This document shows positions 1-10,417 of a DNA stretch of 64,000 nt, piece after piece. Position numbers and translations under genes: made by a program. Source of the DNA: an uncultured Nitrososphaerales archaeon. Its GTDB lineage: Archaea > Thermoproteota > Nitrososphaeria > Nitrososphaerales > Nitrososphaeraceae. The DNA lies in contig CAVOHZ010000008.1 in assembly GCA_963695855.1 (NCBI GenBank), positions 288,001 to 352,000 of the forward strand. The letters are read 5' to 3'. The notes below the pieces were generated by a model. It ran no database searches. It was not told the DNA's origin and saw nothing but the letters and a program-made list of their open reading frames with translations. Position 1 is the stretch's first letter, and each line of letters starts with the position of its first letter.

Positions 1-339
1 TAGATTTTATAAAAAGAGTTGATTCCAGATATGATTCCAGTCACAATATTTGTTGTATTAGATAATGCATCTATACACAGGTCAAAAAAGACAAGAAATG
101 CAATAACACGTTATCATCCCAGAATAGTTCCTGTATTCCTGCCAACCAGATCTCCAGAACTGAACCTGATAGAGGTAAGATGGATGTGGTTACAGAGACA
201 GGCCATAAACAATTCTATATTTAGAAATGAATCTGATATTGGAAAAGCAGTATCTAATTGGACATGTAACTATAACACTAATCATAGAAATATAACTAGA
301 GATAGTTTACATAATGAACTCATCTATTTATTCACATAA
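1..339 (+). mobile_element. IS630-family transposase, C-terminal DDE part (cut by window edge)
   Basis: VLDNASIH and FLPTRSPELNLIE motifs typical of IS630 DDE_3. Confidence 0.85.
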
Positions 340-515
340 CTGTTAACGTAAGAGTACCTGAGCTAAAGCTCGTTCTATCAAAGTATCTTGATAACACTGG
401 TACAATATTGATGAGATATGAGATACTTAGTCTGGGTATCTAATAAAACAAATTTTCAAAAAATCCTTTTTCATAAAACAATGAATTTATAATGCGACAT
501 GTACGAATATTTCAA

Positions 516-656
516 ATGTATTTGAATTGTAGCTCGTGTAAGAAGGAGTTTAATGATTTTGTTGAAGGAGTAAAATATTCCAGCTCAGTCATGGGTATTA
601 TATCATTTTGTTCAGATAACTGTTGTAAAGCATATCTTAATGAAAAATTGAAATAG
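516..656 (+). CDS. Small TRASH/YHS-like metal-binding protein (46 aa, not in ORF track)
   Basis: Manual translation MYLNCSSCKKEFNDFVEGVKYSSSVMGIISFCSDNCCKAYLNEKLK; CxxC...FCSxxC pattern. Confidence 0.55.
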   Translation: MYLNCSSCKKEFNDFVEGVKYSSSVMGIISFCSDNCCKAYLNEKLK

Positions 657-962
657 CTAAATTTCTTAATATCATTTCATCTAAAAGAATAGGAAATATA
701 ATATAATTTGTTGTTCCTATTGTTTAATATGAGAAATGAAGTTATTGATTTTAAGATTGGAAGTCATTTTAGTTTTTAAATTGTTATAATTTATTTTTAC
801 AAAAAAAATTTATTTTATATATTATTCTTAAATAGTTTGATTAGATATTTTATATGCTTAGCAAAAATATATGATAACAGTGACAACCAATTGATAACAT
901 AAAATAACAAATGATAGCAATGATGATATCATTCATTAACTGCTTTTTTATTGCAATCAACA

Positions 963-1330
963 ATGACTGAAATCATAAATAAATTTGGAAAAGAGAAAAA
1001 AGTTATAAATTACATTTACAAGGTAAAACTATTCCTGATATTGCTATAGAGGTTCATATTGTCATTTGGAGATATTTCAAAAAAATAAAGAATATGACAG
1101 AAAAATAAGATTAGAAACACAAAATGGTCTATCGAATGGCATCATTAATCAAATAAAAAGAATTTCAAAATGTAGTAGATCCTATGAATTATTGTTACAA
1201 GGAAAGACGCCAGTAGAAGTTGCAATTGAAATAAATTTATGTTATCACGAAATAAGAAAACATTAGAGAGAATATTTGAGACTGCGAAAAATGAATGAGT
1301 TGTATCAGATATATATTGATAATGAATATC
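963..1330 (+). pseudogene. Frameshifted helix-turn-helix protein, truncated at att-like site 1
   Basis: Fragments GKTIPDIAIEVH and GKTPVEVAIEINL in different frames; reading stops where the GC-rich site starts. Confidence 0.6.
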
Positions 1331-1334
1331 AGCA

Positions 1335-1395
1335 CGAGCCCGTCGGAAGTAACACCAATAGAGCTGCAAAAATAAGAGTCTAATGTGATAGTATA
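1335..1395 (+). repeat. att-like site 1 (degenerate core + arm A)
   Basis: cgagcccgtcggaagt-aacaccaatagagctgcaaaaataagagtctaatgt. Confidence 0.85.
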
Positions 1396-1777
1396 ATGGA
1401 TAATATTTAAGAGATCATAGGTATTCTATCTTCAGTAAATTTGAATTCTCTAAAAACCAACTTTTTATTTATTTATTATCGTTAAACACTTATCATTATT
1501 TTGTATGTGAAAGTAATCCACCAAATGGGCGTGAAGATTCTCCATAGGTTATGATATATACTTCTTTTTTTCTCTCTGCATTAGATTGATTAAGGTTAGT
1601 GCCGCAAATATACATTATAGAGATTTTAGTGGTAATTATAATATACCATTACAGGTATTTAAGTGTTCGTATTTAAGTGTTCAAGAATGGAGAACTTTTT
1701 TGTGTTGTATTCGAATTTTGACTATAAAACGAGAATTGCAATTATTATACTTATATTCTTTAATTTCTTTTATTTAT

Positions 1778-2272
1778 AGCCTATCCCAAAATTATTCTCC
1801 TGTAGATAATAATGCTACTTGCTAATTTTACAAGACCCAGATAGTTCTCATCCTTCTTTTCATATCTTGTAAATAACTTCCTCAATCTGTTATGCCATGA
1901 ATTTGTTCTCTCTCTACAACCCATCTTCTTGCTGGATGTTTTCTACGAGATATTTGTTCTTCTCTTCTGTCTCTTATATGGGAAATATATCATCGCTTGA
2001 CAATTTCTTGTTCTATTTCTTTGGAATGATATGCTTTGTCAAGGCACAGGTTCTGTTTGTGTTTATGCTTTGGTTTGGATAATGATGGTCTTTTGATAAC
2101 CATGCTGTCAACTGTATTAATTGCAACAGTGACATCATAGTGAGTTTTTGCAGATGATATACTAGCAGATAGTGGAATACCACCATCTTTATCTGTAAGA
2201 ATCTGCCTTTTGGTTCCTAATTTACTCCTATCTGTAGGATTATGACCAGTCATCGCCCCCCTAAAGGAGATG
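1778..2272 (-). mobile_element. IS5-family transposase 3' remnant fused to the integrase 3' end
   Basis: SPLGG.MTGHNPTDRSKLGTKR, LCLDKAY, and a RWVVERTNSWHNR-type segment; frameshifted. Confidence 0.85.
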
Positions 2273-3544
2273 ATTGAATTTGTTATTCATTTCTTCTCTT
2301 ATTTGTAGAATTTCTTGAGAATGTTTTTCTTCTAATACTATTAACTTTATATCTTCTTGACCTTTAATTTCATCAAATGCTTGCGGCGTTAAAGGATAGC
2401 TACATTTGGAACAGTATTTGTTCTCTATAGCATTAACTAAATCACACCGTGGACAGTTTATGGTTGATGACCTCTTTGTTATTTCACTTGCAGAAATTAT
2501 TCCATTATGTGTTAGAATTTTCTCTTTAAGATCGTTTCCCATTCTTCTCTTTATGTATCTTGTACCCTGCCTTGAATTCATTGACCATCTTACTTTTTTC
2601 TTCAGTGCATATTCTGGCAAATAATCGCTATCAGCTGTTATAGCACTGTGTCTAATACAGTAGGGGTTCCATTTCTTTGTTTTTAACAGATATTCCAGTT
2701 TTTCGTTTTCTGCTGTATCATTAACTTCTCCATTCTTCAACAAACGAATTATTCTTTCACGTAACTGTTTCATCATTTTGTCAATATTGTCTGGAGTTAT
2801 AGGTGAACCATTGATAAGATTACAAATCAGTCTTGCATCTAGTTCATTTCTAAATGGGTGTTCATTTAACCAATCACGAACATAAGGAAACGATATAGTA
2901 AGCAAGATAGGACCTGTTCCTGTTTTAGCTTCATAGGGTATTTCACCTTCACCATAATTTTCTTTTAATCTTACATGTTTTATCTTCAAAAGTGTAATTT
3001 CATGTGGTCTTGCATCTAGGTCCCAAAGTAACGCAAGAATTGCTTTATTTCTTTTGTATGATTCATACTTGATTATGGTTAATAGATCTTCTTTTTCCCA
3101 CAACTCATTTTCAAGATAAGGGCTAATCCTTTTACTTCCTTTCCTCTTTATTCTTACAAATTCAGGTGTTCGCCAATCGGAAAATGGAACATCATCCAGA
3201 GTTTTATCCTTACAGTTGTACATCCATCTGAAAAAATATTTGATCCTGCCAAGATAGTCGTTCCATGTTGTAATCCAGCGTTTGTCTTGATCTGTCTCTA
3301 TACTTTTTATTTGTGTGTCCAAAAAGGGAAATATTTGACTTTTCTCTCTGATTTGATAAAAGGAAACAGGTGATTCAAGGAATTTACTATATGCTATGAT
3401 TGCTTTCAAATTGTTATTCTGATATCTTTCTGATGTGCCAATTCTTTTCATAAAATCATAGAACTGCAATATTAATTGCTTATTTTCTACATTGTGAACA
3501 TCCCTTTCAATATTGCTTACTGTTGTAGAGAGTTTAACTGTCAT
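2261..3544 (-). CDS. Tyrosine recombinase/integrase with C-terminal zinc ribbon (probable start MTVKL at 3544; last residues replaced by IS5 sequence)
   Basis: Catalytic R (DARPHEI), K (EAKTG), YCIRH (HxxR box variant), W (KVRWS), Y (GTRY); CPRC..CSKC ribbon. Confidence 0.9.
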   Translation of the reverse strand: MTVKLSTTVSNIERDVHNVENKQLILQFYDFMKRIGTSERYQNNNLKAIIAYSKFLESPVSFYQIREKSQIFPFLDTQIKSIETDQDKRWITTWNDYLGRIKYFFRWMYNCKDKTLDDVPFSDWRTPEFVRIKRKGSKRISPYLENELWEKEDLLTIIKYESYKRNKAILALLWDLDARPHEITLLKIKHVRLKENYGEGEIPYEAKTGTGPILLTISFPYVRDWLNEHPFRNELDARLICNLINGSPITPDNIDKMMKQLRERIIRLLKNGEVNDTAENEKLEYLLKTKKWNPYCIRHSAITADSDYLPEYALKKKVRWSMNSRQGTRYIKRRMGNDLKEKILTHNGIISASEITKRSSTINCPRCDLVNAIENKYCSKCSYPLTPQAFDEIKGQEDIKLIVLEEKHSQEILQIREEMNNKFNHLL

Positions 3545-3594
3545 TTCTTGAACCTCCTTTTTTGTATGTCTACTATACTGTCGATACTTGTATA

Positions 3595-3658
3595 TGAACC
3601 CGAATACATAACGGGCCCGTCGGGAGTAATACCGATAGCGGTGCAAAAATAAGAGTAT
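3595..3658 (+). repeat. att-like site 2, integrase-proximal
   Basis: tgaacccgaatacata-acgggcccgtcgggagt-aataccgatagcggtgcaaaaataagagt, about 50 bp upstream of the integrase ATG. Confidence 0.9.
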
Positions 3659-4375
3659 ATGAATTATGACCTAGTCTCAATTAATTAGTCTATTTTTTAC
3701 AAAGAAAATAATTATATTATTATATATAGATAGAAACTCAAGACTCTTACTCCAGAGTAGGCGTATTACTATATAGAACCTAAAATATGGATAATTGTAG
3801 ACACTAATAAACTTATTTTATTTAAATACAGAATAAAAAATAAAATTTGTGTACTTGTAAAATAATTAATTAATAAAAAGTAAATTTTAAATATTAAAAA
3901 CATGATTTGATTTTTTCCCTCAGTTCTGCTCCCAACGTTCTGATCTGCTCTGTTTTCTGTGCTTCCACAAAATTAGAAATTGATTGTAGTCATATGCCCA
4001 CTTACGCAAAATGAAGCTATAATTAATGCATTCAATGTTATTTTATTCCCTATCATTTTTTCCACTATTTTCATGCTACTTTATTGAATGCTAAATTTAG
4101 TTATTAAAAATTGATAACTTTTTAACTAATAAGTAGTCACTAAATTTCTAGTATAAATTTAACTATTAAGAACAAAATCTCTTTACTATCAAAACAAATA
4201 TTGTTTATATGGATTTGATGAAGACGAGACTATTCACAATTCATTATAAGATTTTACTATAAAATTTCTTTATATCTTTTTATAGGTAACAATAGTAATT
4301 AAATATTTTATATACCTTCTACCATGCGATAACCTACAAAATATTAAAAATGATATGTACTAAATTTGACGTACG

Positions 4376-5611
4376 TTGAAGATTATCATTAATTATCGTA
4401 TAATTAATTTACTGACAGTTATAGCTTTGTTTTCAATATTGCTATTTAGTAATAACTCACTTCTAAAAACAAATGTGTACAATGAAGAAGACAATTTAAT
4501 CAACTCAATTTTTGCTCAGAATAGAAATGCCTTTGCAGTTGGGATGGATGTTGAAGATGACGAAGAGAAATCGTTTGAGTACATATTTGATCACTTTGAT
4601 TATATAGAAGATGCTGATTCTGAAAAACAATTAGATACGAATACTAACAATAATGGAGAAGATGATATCCAGTCAATAGCAGAAAATGAAGAAACTAGAC
4701 TTTCCCATGATAATAAAGAAGATGAGGATAGATCTACATTTACATCAAAATCAACGGAGAAAGAAGAATCTGACCATAAATCAGATTTCAATTTCGTAGC
4801 TGTAGGAGATTGGGACTGTAACTCTGAAACTGAAGATACTGTGGAAAACATTTTTGACCATGACCCAGAAGTGGTGCTGGCACTAGGAGATCTTTCATAT
4901 AATGGTAGAGCAGAATGTTGGCTGGATATAATTGAACCAATATCAGACAAAACTGAAATTGCAATAGGTAATCACGAAACTGATTCATCAAAAATTTTGA
5001 GGGATTATATACATTATTTTGGATTGGAAAAACAGTACTATTCTTTTAATTATAAAACTGTTCACTTTATAGCATTATCTACAGAAATTCCATATGAAGA
5101 AGGATCACAGCAATATGAATTTGTAGTTCAGGATCTTGAAAAGTATTCTAAAGATCGATCAATTGACTGGATTGTTGCATTTTATCATAGACAAGTATAC
5201 AGTTCTGGAGGTGGCCCTGAGGACGATGATGATTTTAGGGAGACTTATCATCCATTGTTTGATAAATATAGAGTAGATCTAGCTCTGCAAGGCCATTTTC
5301 ATGCCTATGAGAGATCATATCCAATTAGTTTTAATCATGATTATGGCAATGAACCTATAGTTGAGGATTATGATCCCTCATATTACATAAATCCAAAAGG
5401 AACAATTTTTATAACTGCGGGCACAGGAGGAGCACATGGTATGAAGATCTCAGAAACTAAACCCTTTTCTGCTTTTGGATTAGACGGGGAATTTGGAATA
5501 CTAAATATCTCTGTAGAGAATAACGGAATTACATTATCAGGTTCATTTATAGAGAATAATGACGAGGAGGGTGTATATGACCAGTTTCAGATTATTAAAG
5601 ATAATAAATAA
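4376..5611 (+). CDS. Secreted calcineurin-like metallophosphoesterase (purple acid phosphatase-like)
   Basis: Signal peptide; AVGD, LGDLSY, GNHE and GHFHAYER motifs. Confidence 0.9.
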   Translation: MKIIINYRIINLLTVIALFSILLFSNNSLLKTNVYNEEDNLINSIFAQNRNAFAVGMDVEDDEEKSFEYIFDHFDYIEDADSEKQLDTNTNNNGEDDIQSIAENEETRLSHDNKEDEDRSTFTSKSTEKEESDHKSDFNFVAVGDWDCNSETEDTVENIFDHDPEVVLALGDLSYNGRAECWLDIIEPISDKTEIAIGNHETDSSKILRDYIHYFGLEKQYYSFNYKTVHFIALSTEIPYEEGSQQYEFVVQDLEKYSKDRSIDWIVAFYHRQVYSSGGGPEDDDDFRETYHPLFDKYRVDLALQGHFHAYERSYPISFNHDYGNEPIVEDYDPSYYINPKGTIFITAGTGGAHGMKISETKPFSAFGLDGEFGILNISVENNGITLSGSFIENNDEEGVYDQFQIIKDNK

Positions 5612-5904
5612 AAAAGAATTAAAAAAGAATTATAGTTACTTTTTCTACATCAATATTGAGCAGAAAATTTAAATTACAATGAATAAGCCGTCAACCGTAT
5701 GAAATATAGAATAAATTATTATGTTACTCTAGGTATCAAATTTATGGTATCGATATCTTGTTCTGCAGGAAACATTAGAAAACTATATACAGAAATCGCA
5801 TCAAGAAATTTTCCTTCATTCCATGGATTAGAAAGATACGGGGCAGATATTTGAATATCTCGCTCGGCTAAATCTCTTAATTGAACCAAACTCATCTTAC
5901 AAAA

Positions 5905-6125
5905 TTATATTTGTCCAATTATTGACAGTAGATTTTTTTCAGATTTGTCGAGTTGATATGTTTCCATTTTATTGAGGTATTCTTCATATCCTTTTAATTC
6001 TTGAAGCTTTTTTGATTGTTCAATTCCTATTACTGGTAATTCTTTATCAACCAATAATCCTATCTGGGCTAATAAAGAAGCTTGATCCCAATAGACGTAT
6101 TCATGCAATAAAGCGAAAATTTTCC
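5905..6125 (-). pseudogene. C-terminal fragment of a SnoaL/ester-cyclase-like protein, 5' part lost next to site 3
   Basis: HEYVYWDQASLLAQIGLL..LPVIGIEQ resembles the C-terminal motif of that family. Confidence 0.55.
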
Positions 6126-6130
6126 AGGTT

Positions 6131-6191
6131 ATAGTGAACTCTAGAAAAGTACTGACCCGTCGGGAGTGGAATCTTCCATGTAGTAGGGTTC
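6131..6191 (+). repeat. att-like site 3 (left arm + core + arm B)
   Basis: atagtgaactctagaaaagt-actgacccgtcgggagt-ggaatcttccatgtagtagggttc. Confidence 0.9.
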
Positions 6192-6300
6192 TACTACTAA
6201 TGTTAGCTTTTATTATTAGAAAATTGTTTTGATTGAATTAGTAATTATTTTAGCAATTTAAACAATTAAAGTATATATATTTCGGAATGACAAAAATCTC

Positions 6301-7593
6301 GTGTTTTTTATTAATTTTTTAATATTGTTCATATCTTTATTTACCATAAGTTTTTTTTATTCTTTCAATTGTCTTCTCAATATAATACATTTCTATTCTT
6401 TCTCTGTATTGGATTTTATAGTAAACAATTCAAAGTTATTGTTATCAACTAATACAGATGACCATGATTTGTTACAAAATGTAAATGCAGAAAATAATAT
6501 TGAAGATAGAAATTATAGTAGTACCAATCAAATTATTTCAATAAATAAAAATATCACTGATAATAGTAATGTTGTTATTCTTGGTGCCTGGACCCCTATA
6601 AATAATAGTCTTATTCTTCAAAATTTGAAAGGAGAAGAGCAAAAAAATGCAATATACACTCTTCTTAACCAAGGCTTTTATGAATACTACTTTGCCATGA
6701 ATAACTTTGATCATGAATATGCAAAATTAACAGAAGAATTACTAAAATCTGCAGAGAATACTAATCTAAAAATAATAGTAATTCTCCGTCCGCCTTCAGA
6801 AGGTGATTCTAATACAAATTATGACTGGAAAGGATGGATAAAATATTTTAATTCTCTTGAAAAGAAATATCCAAAATCATTTGAAGGATTTACTATAGAC
6901 GATTTTAATTGGAAAAGTACTAGAGAGGAAACAAAATTCAAATTAAATATTGATTTTATGGAATACTCTAAGCTTATTAAAGCCCTTAAAGATAAAGACA
7001 AAGATGTTAAATTTTATCCAACAATATATTTTCAAGGTAAGCGAACTGACAAAGTAGCCAATAAATATGATGATTTTACAGATGGATTAATTGTAGCCAG
7101 TGGATGCTATTACAATGTTTCTACCTTAAAAAAAGAATTTACCATATTTAAAGAAATTTTTGAAAAGCCTATTAGATATGTTGTCTATCCTATTATAACA
7201 TATAATTATTCTAGACAAGGATATAATCCTCCGACAGACCGCCTTATACAGGCTACTTTATCCATAGCATCCAATTCTGCTGATGGACTAATTATTTGGC
7301 GCGATATAGATAAGCCAGTAATACAAGAGTATTTGGATAATCAAGATGATAAAAAATATCTAGCAAAAATATCAAAGATTGAAGAATTGCAGATTAATGA
7401 TGAAAAAATAACTACAGCTAATTCTAAAAAAAAGTTATTGAATACACCAAATGCTGAGCAATATCTTAATTGTCAAGAATGGTCTAACAGATTTAATAAG
7501 GCATATGATAAATGGAAAGATTTATCTCAACAAGAAAAAGAAGAGGACAAATGGAAAAAAGAGATATTACAAATAATAAGGAAAGATAAATAA
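6301..7593 (+). CDS. Secreted hypothetical protein, possibly glycoside hydrolase-like TIM barrel
   Basis: 430 aa ORF, hydrophobic N-terminus, alternating beta/alpha pattern, GFTIDDF motif. Confidence 0.6.
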   Translation: MFFINFLILFISLFTISFFYSFNCLLNIIHFYSFSVLDFIVNNSKLLLSTNTDDHDLLQNVNAENNIEDRNYSSTNQIISINKNITDNSNVVILGAWTPINNSLILQNLKGEEQKNAIYTLLNQGFYEYYFAMNNFDHEYAKLTEELLKSAENTNLKIIVILRPPSEGDSNTNYDWKGWIKYFNSLEKKYPKSFEGFTIDDFNWKSTREETKFKLNIDFMEYSKLIKALKDKDKDVKFYPTIYFQGKRTDKVANKYDDFTDGLIVASGCYYNVSTLKKEFTIFKEIFEKPIRYVVYPIITYNYSRQGYNPPTDRLIQATLSIASNSADGLIIWRDIDKPVIQEYLDNQDDKKYLAKISKIEELQINDEKITTANSKKKLLNTPNAEQYLNCQEWSNRFNKAYDKWKDLSQQEKEEDKWKKEILQIIRKDK

Positions 7594-7690
7594 ATATAAT
7601 ACAGAAAACTAAAATTATCTAGATAGGAAGAATTTATAGTAGTTCTATTAGTCTCTAAAGCAGATTCCGCATAAATAATATTTGTCGCAC

Positions 7691-7753
7691 ATAGTGGACC
7701 TGAGAAAAGTACGGGCCCGTCGAGAGTGGATCCTTCCATGTAGTAGGGTTCAC
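7691..7753 (+). repeat. att-like site 4 (left arm + core + arm B), direct repeat of site 3
   Basis: atagtggacctgagaaaagt-acgggcccgtcgagagt-ggatccttccatgtagtagggttcac. Confidence 0.9.
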
Positions 7754-7924
7754 CCAACTTGTATATAGCTTTTATCATTAGGAACTTAAGTAAAATAATT
7801 GTACAATAACAGACTAATCTTCATTTGGTTCGATAGAATCATCTATAAATTTCAATACAATTGTTTTTCTTTTCTATCAAATATGAAATACTGTTTTATA
7901 CAACATGTGAAATAAAGCATTTTA

Positions 7925-8110
7925 TTGGAACAGAGAAGAATAGGAATAATTTTTATGGTGTTAGGCGCTGTCATGTTGGCAATTCCGTTAATTATAACTA
8001 TAACAGAGAATTCCATTCGAATATTTGTTCCAATGATTGGTTTACTATTTTTATTGTTTGGTTTTCCAATAATATTAAGTAGTAAGAAAGGCAAGAATAT
8101 AGAAAATTAG
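7925..8110 (+). CDS. Small two-TM membrane protein
   Basis: 61 aa with two hydrophobic helices, between sites 4 and 5. Confidence 0.6.
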   Translation: MEQRRIGIIFMVLGAVMLAIPLIITITENSIRIFVPMIGLLFLLFGFPIILSSKKGKNIEN

Positions 8111-8151
8111 ATAAATACAAACAAAATCTTCTACCATGATGAATATACAGA

Positions 8152-8194
8152 ATAATATCGATAGCGGTGCGAAAATAAGAGTCTAATGTATGGT
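8152..8194 (+). repeat. att-like site 5 (arm A only)
   Basis: taatatcgatagcggtgcgaaaataagagtctaatgtatggta. Confidence 0.85.
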
Positions 8195-8435
8195 ACTAAA
8201 GAAGATAATATTTAGGATTTATTTAATCGGTATTTATTATGTTAACATCTTAATTTTATTTTATTTTGTTATTTTTCATATCTAAAAATGCAGAATTGGA
8301 TAATCTCAATTCTATTAGATTTTCCTCCAATTTTAAAAAAAGATTAGACTGTATGAATTTTTCTTACTAACTAATCATAGTAACAATTAGAAAACTTGTT
8401 ATAGGTTGTTATATCATTGTAGATGTTATATTCTT

Positions 8436-8828
8436 CTAATTCTTATATTCTAATTCGAATTTGAGAGTGCTGTCCTCATCTTTTGGTAATTCTTTAGTCT
8501 GACAGTATTTTGAATTATCATCTGATTCGTCTAAACATACTTCAACTTCATCACCTGGTTGGCCTGATATCGTTTCTTTTATTTTTTCTGTGTCATCTTT
8601 TAAGTCTACCGTTGTTTCTACCTTATCATCTTCTGTTTTGATAGAGAGATCTGCTGTAGTATCAACATTTTCTTCATTCTTGATGGATATATCAAGCTTA
8701 TAATCTTCTGCAAAAGATTTTTGAGAGATCAGGGAAGGAGAAACAAATAAAGTTGCTATCATTGATAAAGATATAATAAATGTCACGTTAATTCGTAGAC
8801 AATTTTTTTCCTTTATTATATTATCCAT
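8436..8828 (-). CDS. Secreted acidic beta-rich hypothetical protein
   Basis: Signal peptide ending SFA, Cys pair, 130 aa. Confidence 0.7.
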   Translation of the reverse strand: MDNIIKEKNCLRINVTFIISLSMIATLFVSPSLISQKSFAEDYKLDISIKNEENVDTTADLSIKTEDDKVETTVDLKDDTEKIKETISGQPGDEVEVCLDESDDNSKYCQTKELPKDEDSTLKFELEYKN

Positions 8829-8957
8829 ATTAGTTATTTATTATTATTATATAAAAATCTTTAAAGATATATATCTATAAAAAAAATCAGAATTAAATAT
8901 GGTATAATATTCTATTTAATTTATAATATTCTAAAATTTAGTTTATTGTGAAATGAG

Positions 8958-9682
8958 GGTCCTGTAAAGTTAAAATTATTTTACGCCCAATATTGAAAGG
9001 AATTCCTATCTAATCTTTGTATTATACAGATAAATGAATAACTTGATTCAATTATATACATGTAATATATTGCATTCTTCTCCTTCTGTTTTTCCAGATT
9101 GTTTACATGGATAATAATCATCAAAACATTCTGTCCTATCCTTGAGATACTGCATCACTCTTTCTATCAGACCTTTCTCTAAAGGTGAATGTAGATGATG
9201 TTTTAATCCAATTATATTGCATACTTCTGGATATCATGTTCCACGATCAGTATAAACTGGACGTCTTCCGTATTTCTCAACTAATGATCTAATAAATTTC
9301 TCAGCAACAAGCATATTTCTCTCTTGTAAAATATAGATTCCAAGTACAAATTTGTCAATTGGTTCAATAGAAATCCATAACCAAAAAGTAATGATTTCCT
9401 ATCTGAACAATAGTTTCCTCTATGATGAACGCTTATATTCTTTTTTTCTTGTAAATCTGCAATGAACCAAATCATTGAATCCAGTTTCATACAACAACAT
9501 AACTCCTTTTTTAATCGTTAAAAGGTTACAGTTCTTTTGACGTATTTCGTAGACTGAGATCAAATACAAATACAAAGAGTACATTACAGTGAATGCAGAT
9601 GTTCTATTTCTTTAAAATCTTAACAACATATTTTGTAGTAGAACATTCACAGATATAGTTCCTTCGTTAACTTAACAGAACC
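8958..9682 (-). mobile_element. IS6-family element, pseudogenised
   Basis: TIRs ggtcctgtaaagttaa / ttaacttaacagaacc; VYTDRGT*YPE and KDRTECFDDYYPC segments with stops. Confidence 0.85.
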
Positions 9683-9781
9683 ATCATTTACGTTCAACTA
9701 AATAGTCCAGATCAATAAAAACAGGATCACTGTAAATAAAATTAATGATAATGAGTGGCCCTAAATATTATTTCCTTATTA

Positions 9782-9857
9782 CTATAACATTATACTGTTA
9801 TTTTTGCACCGCTATCGGTATTACTCCCGACTGGCCCGTACTTTTCTAGGGTTCACC
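9782..9857 (-). repeat. att-like site 6 (left arm + core + arm A)
   Basis: Reverse complement gtgaaccctagaaaagt-acgggccagtcgggagt-aataccgatagcggtgcaaaaataacagtataatg. Confidence 0.9.
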
Positions 9858-10400
9858 TCATTTAGATATATTTAGTTAAAGGTAATTAGACGATTCATTA
9901 AGAGATCCGTTGAAATTCTTAAGTTACCATTTGAATTAATGGCTTATAAAATAAGGTTTAAACATATGTCTGTTGCTTTGGCCCAATCAAATAATAGGGT
10001 ATTATACCCCAAATTCTTCAAACATGAAAAATGCTTTTGCTTCCGTCTGATGTATAGAAGATTTTGTATTCTTTAACCACGTAGTGTTCTTAAATCTTTA
10101 ATTGAATTTTCAGGATATTTGAGGATGCAGAAACAGAATCTATGTCTTGACAGGGCATATCATTCCAGAGAAGTAGAACAAGAAATTGTCAAGAGAGGAT
10201 ACATTCCACATATACGACATAGAAGAGAAGAAAAGAAACTGAACAAGAAATATCCTGCAGGAAGACGGGTACTTGAGAGAACAAACTCATGGCATAACAG
10301 ATACAGGAAATTGTTTACAAGATATGAAAAGAAGGTAGAAAACTATCTTGGTCTTGTGCAATTAGCAAATTGCATAATTGTTTATAGGATGATAATTTGG
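9790..10400. repeat. About 610 bp segment with a near-identical inverted copy at about 25835-26455
   Basis: Direct sequence comparison; ORFs 10119+ and 26121- are almost identical. Confidence 0.9.
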
Positions 10401-10405
10401 GTAGA
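10119..10405 (+). mobile_element. IS5-family transposase C-terminal fragment
   Basis: LCLDRAY..RRVLERTNSWHNRYRKLFTRYEK. Confidence 0.85.
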
Positions 10406-10417
10406 TTCTAATTATAG

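Noticed and set aside
3545-3646. ORF-track N-terminal extension of the integrase (MHRYRYY...)
   Set aside because: It reads through the att-like site; the ATG at 3544 follows a GGAGG-like motif and matches the start region of the 13432 paralogue.
3741-3770. Possible 14th site (agactctta...gtattact)
   Set aside because: Only the two ends resemble inverted arm A; the middle does not align.
4600-4991. Antisense ORFs over real genes (also 10881, 17975, 25427, 34993, 53956, 59031)
   Set aside because: Shadow frames of well-supported genes on the opposite strand.
9281-9490. Twin 69-aa ORFs at 9281 and 20768 as a gene family
   Set aside because: Out-of-frame readings of the duplicated IS6 pseudogene.
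9950-9987. Possible family-2 site inside the 610-bp repeat
   Set aside because: The alignment needs gaps and lacks the GGTTCACAA core.
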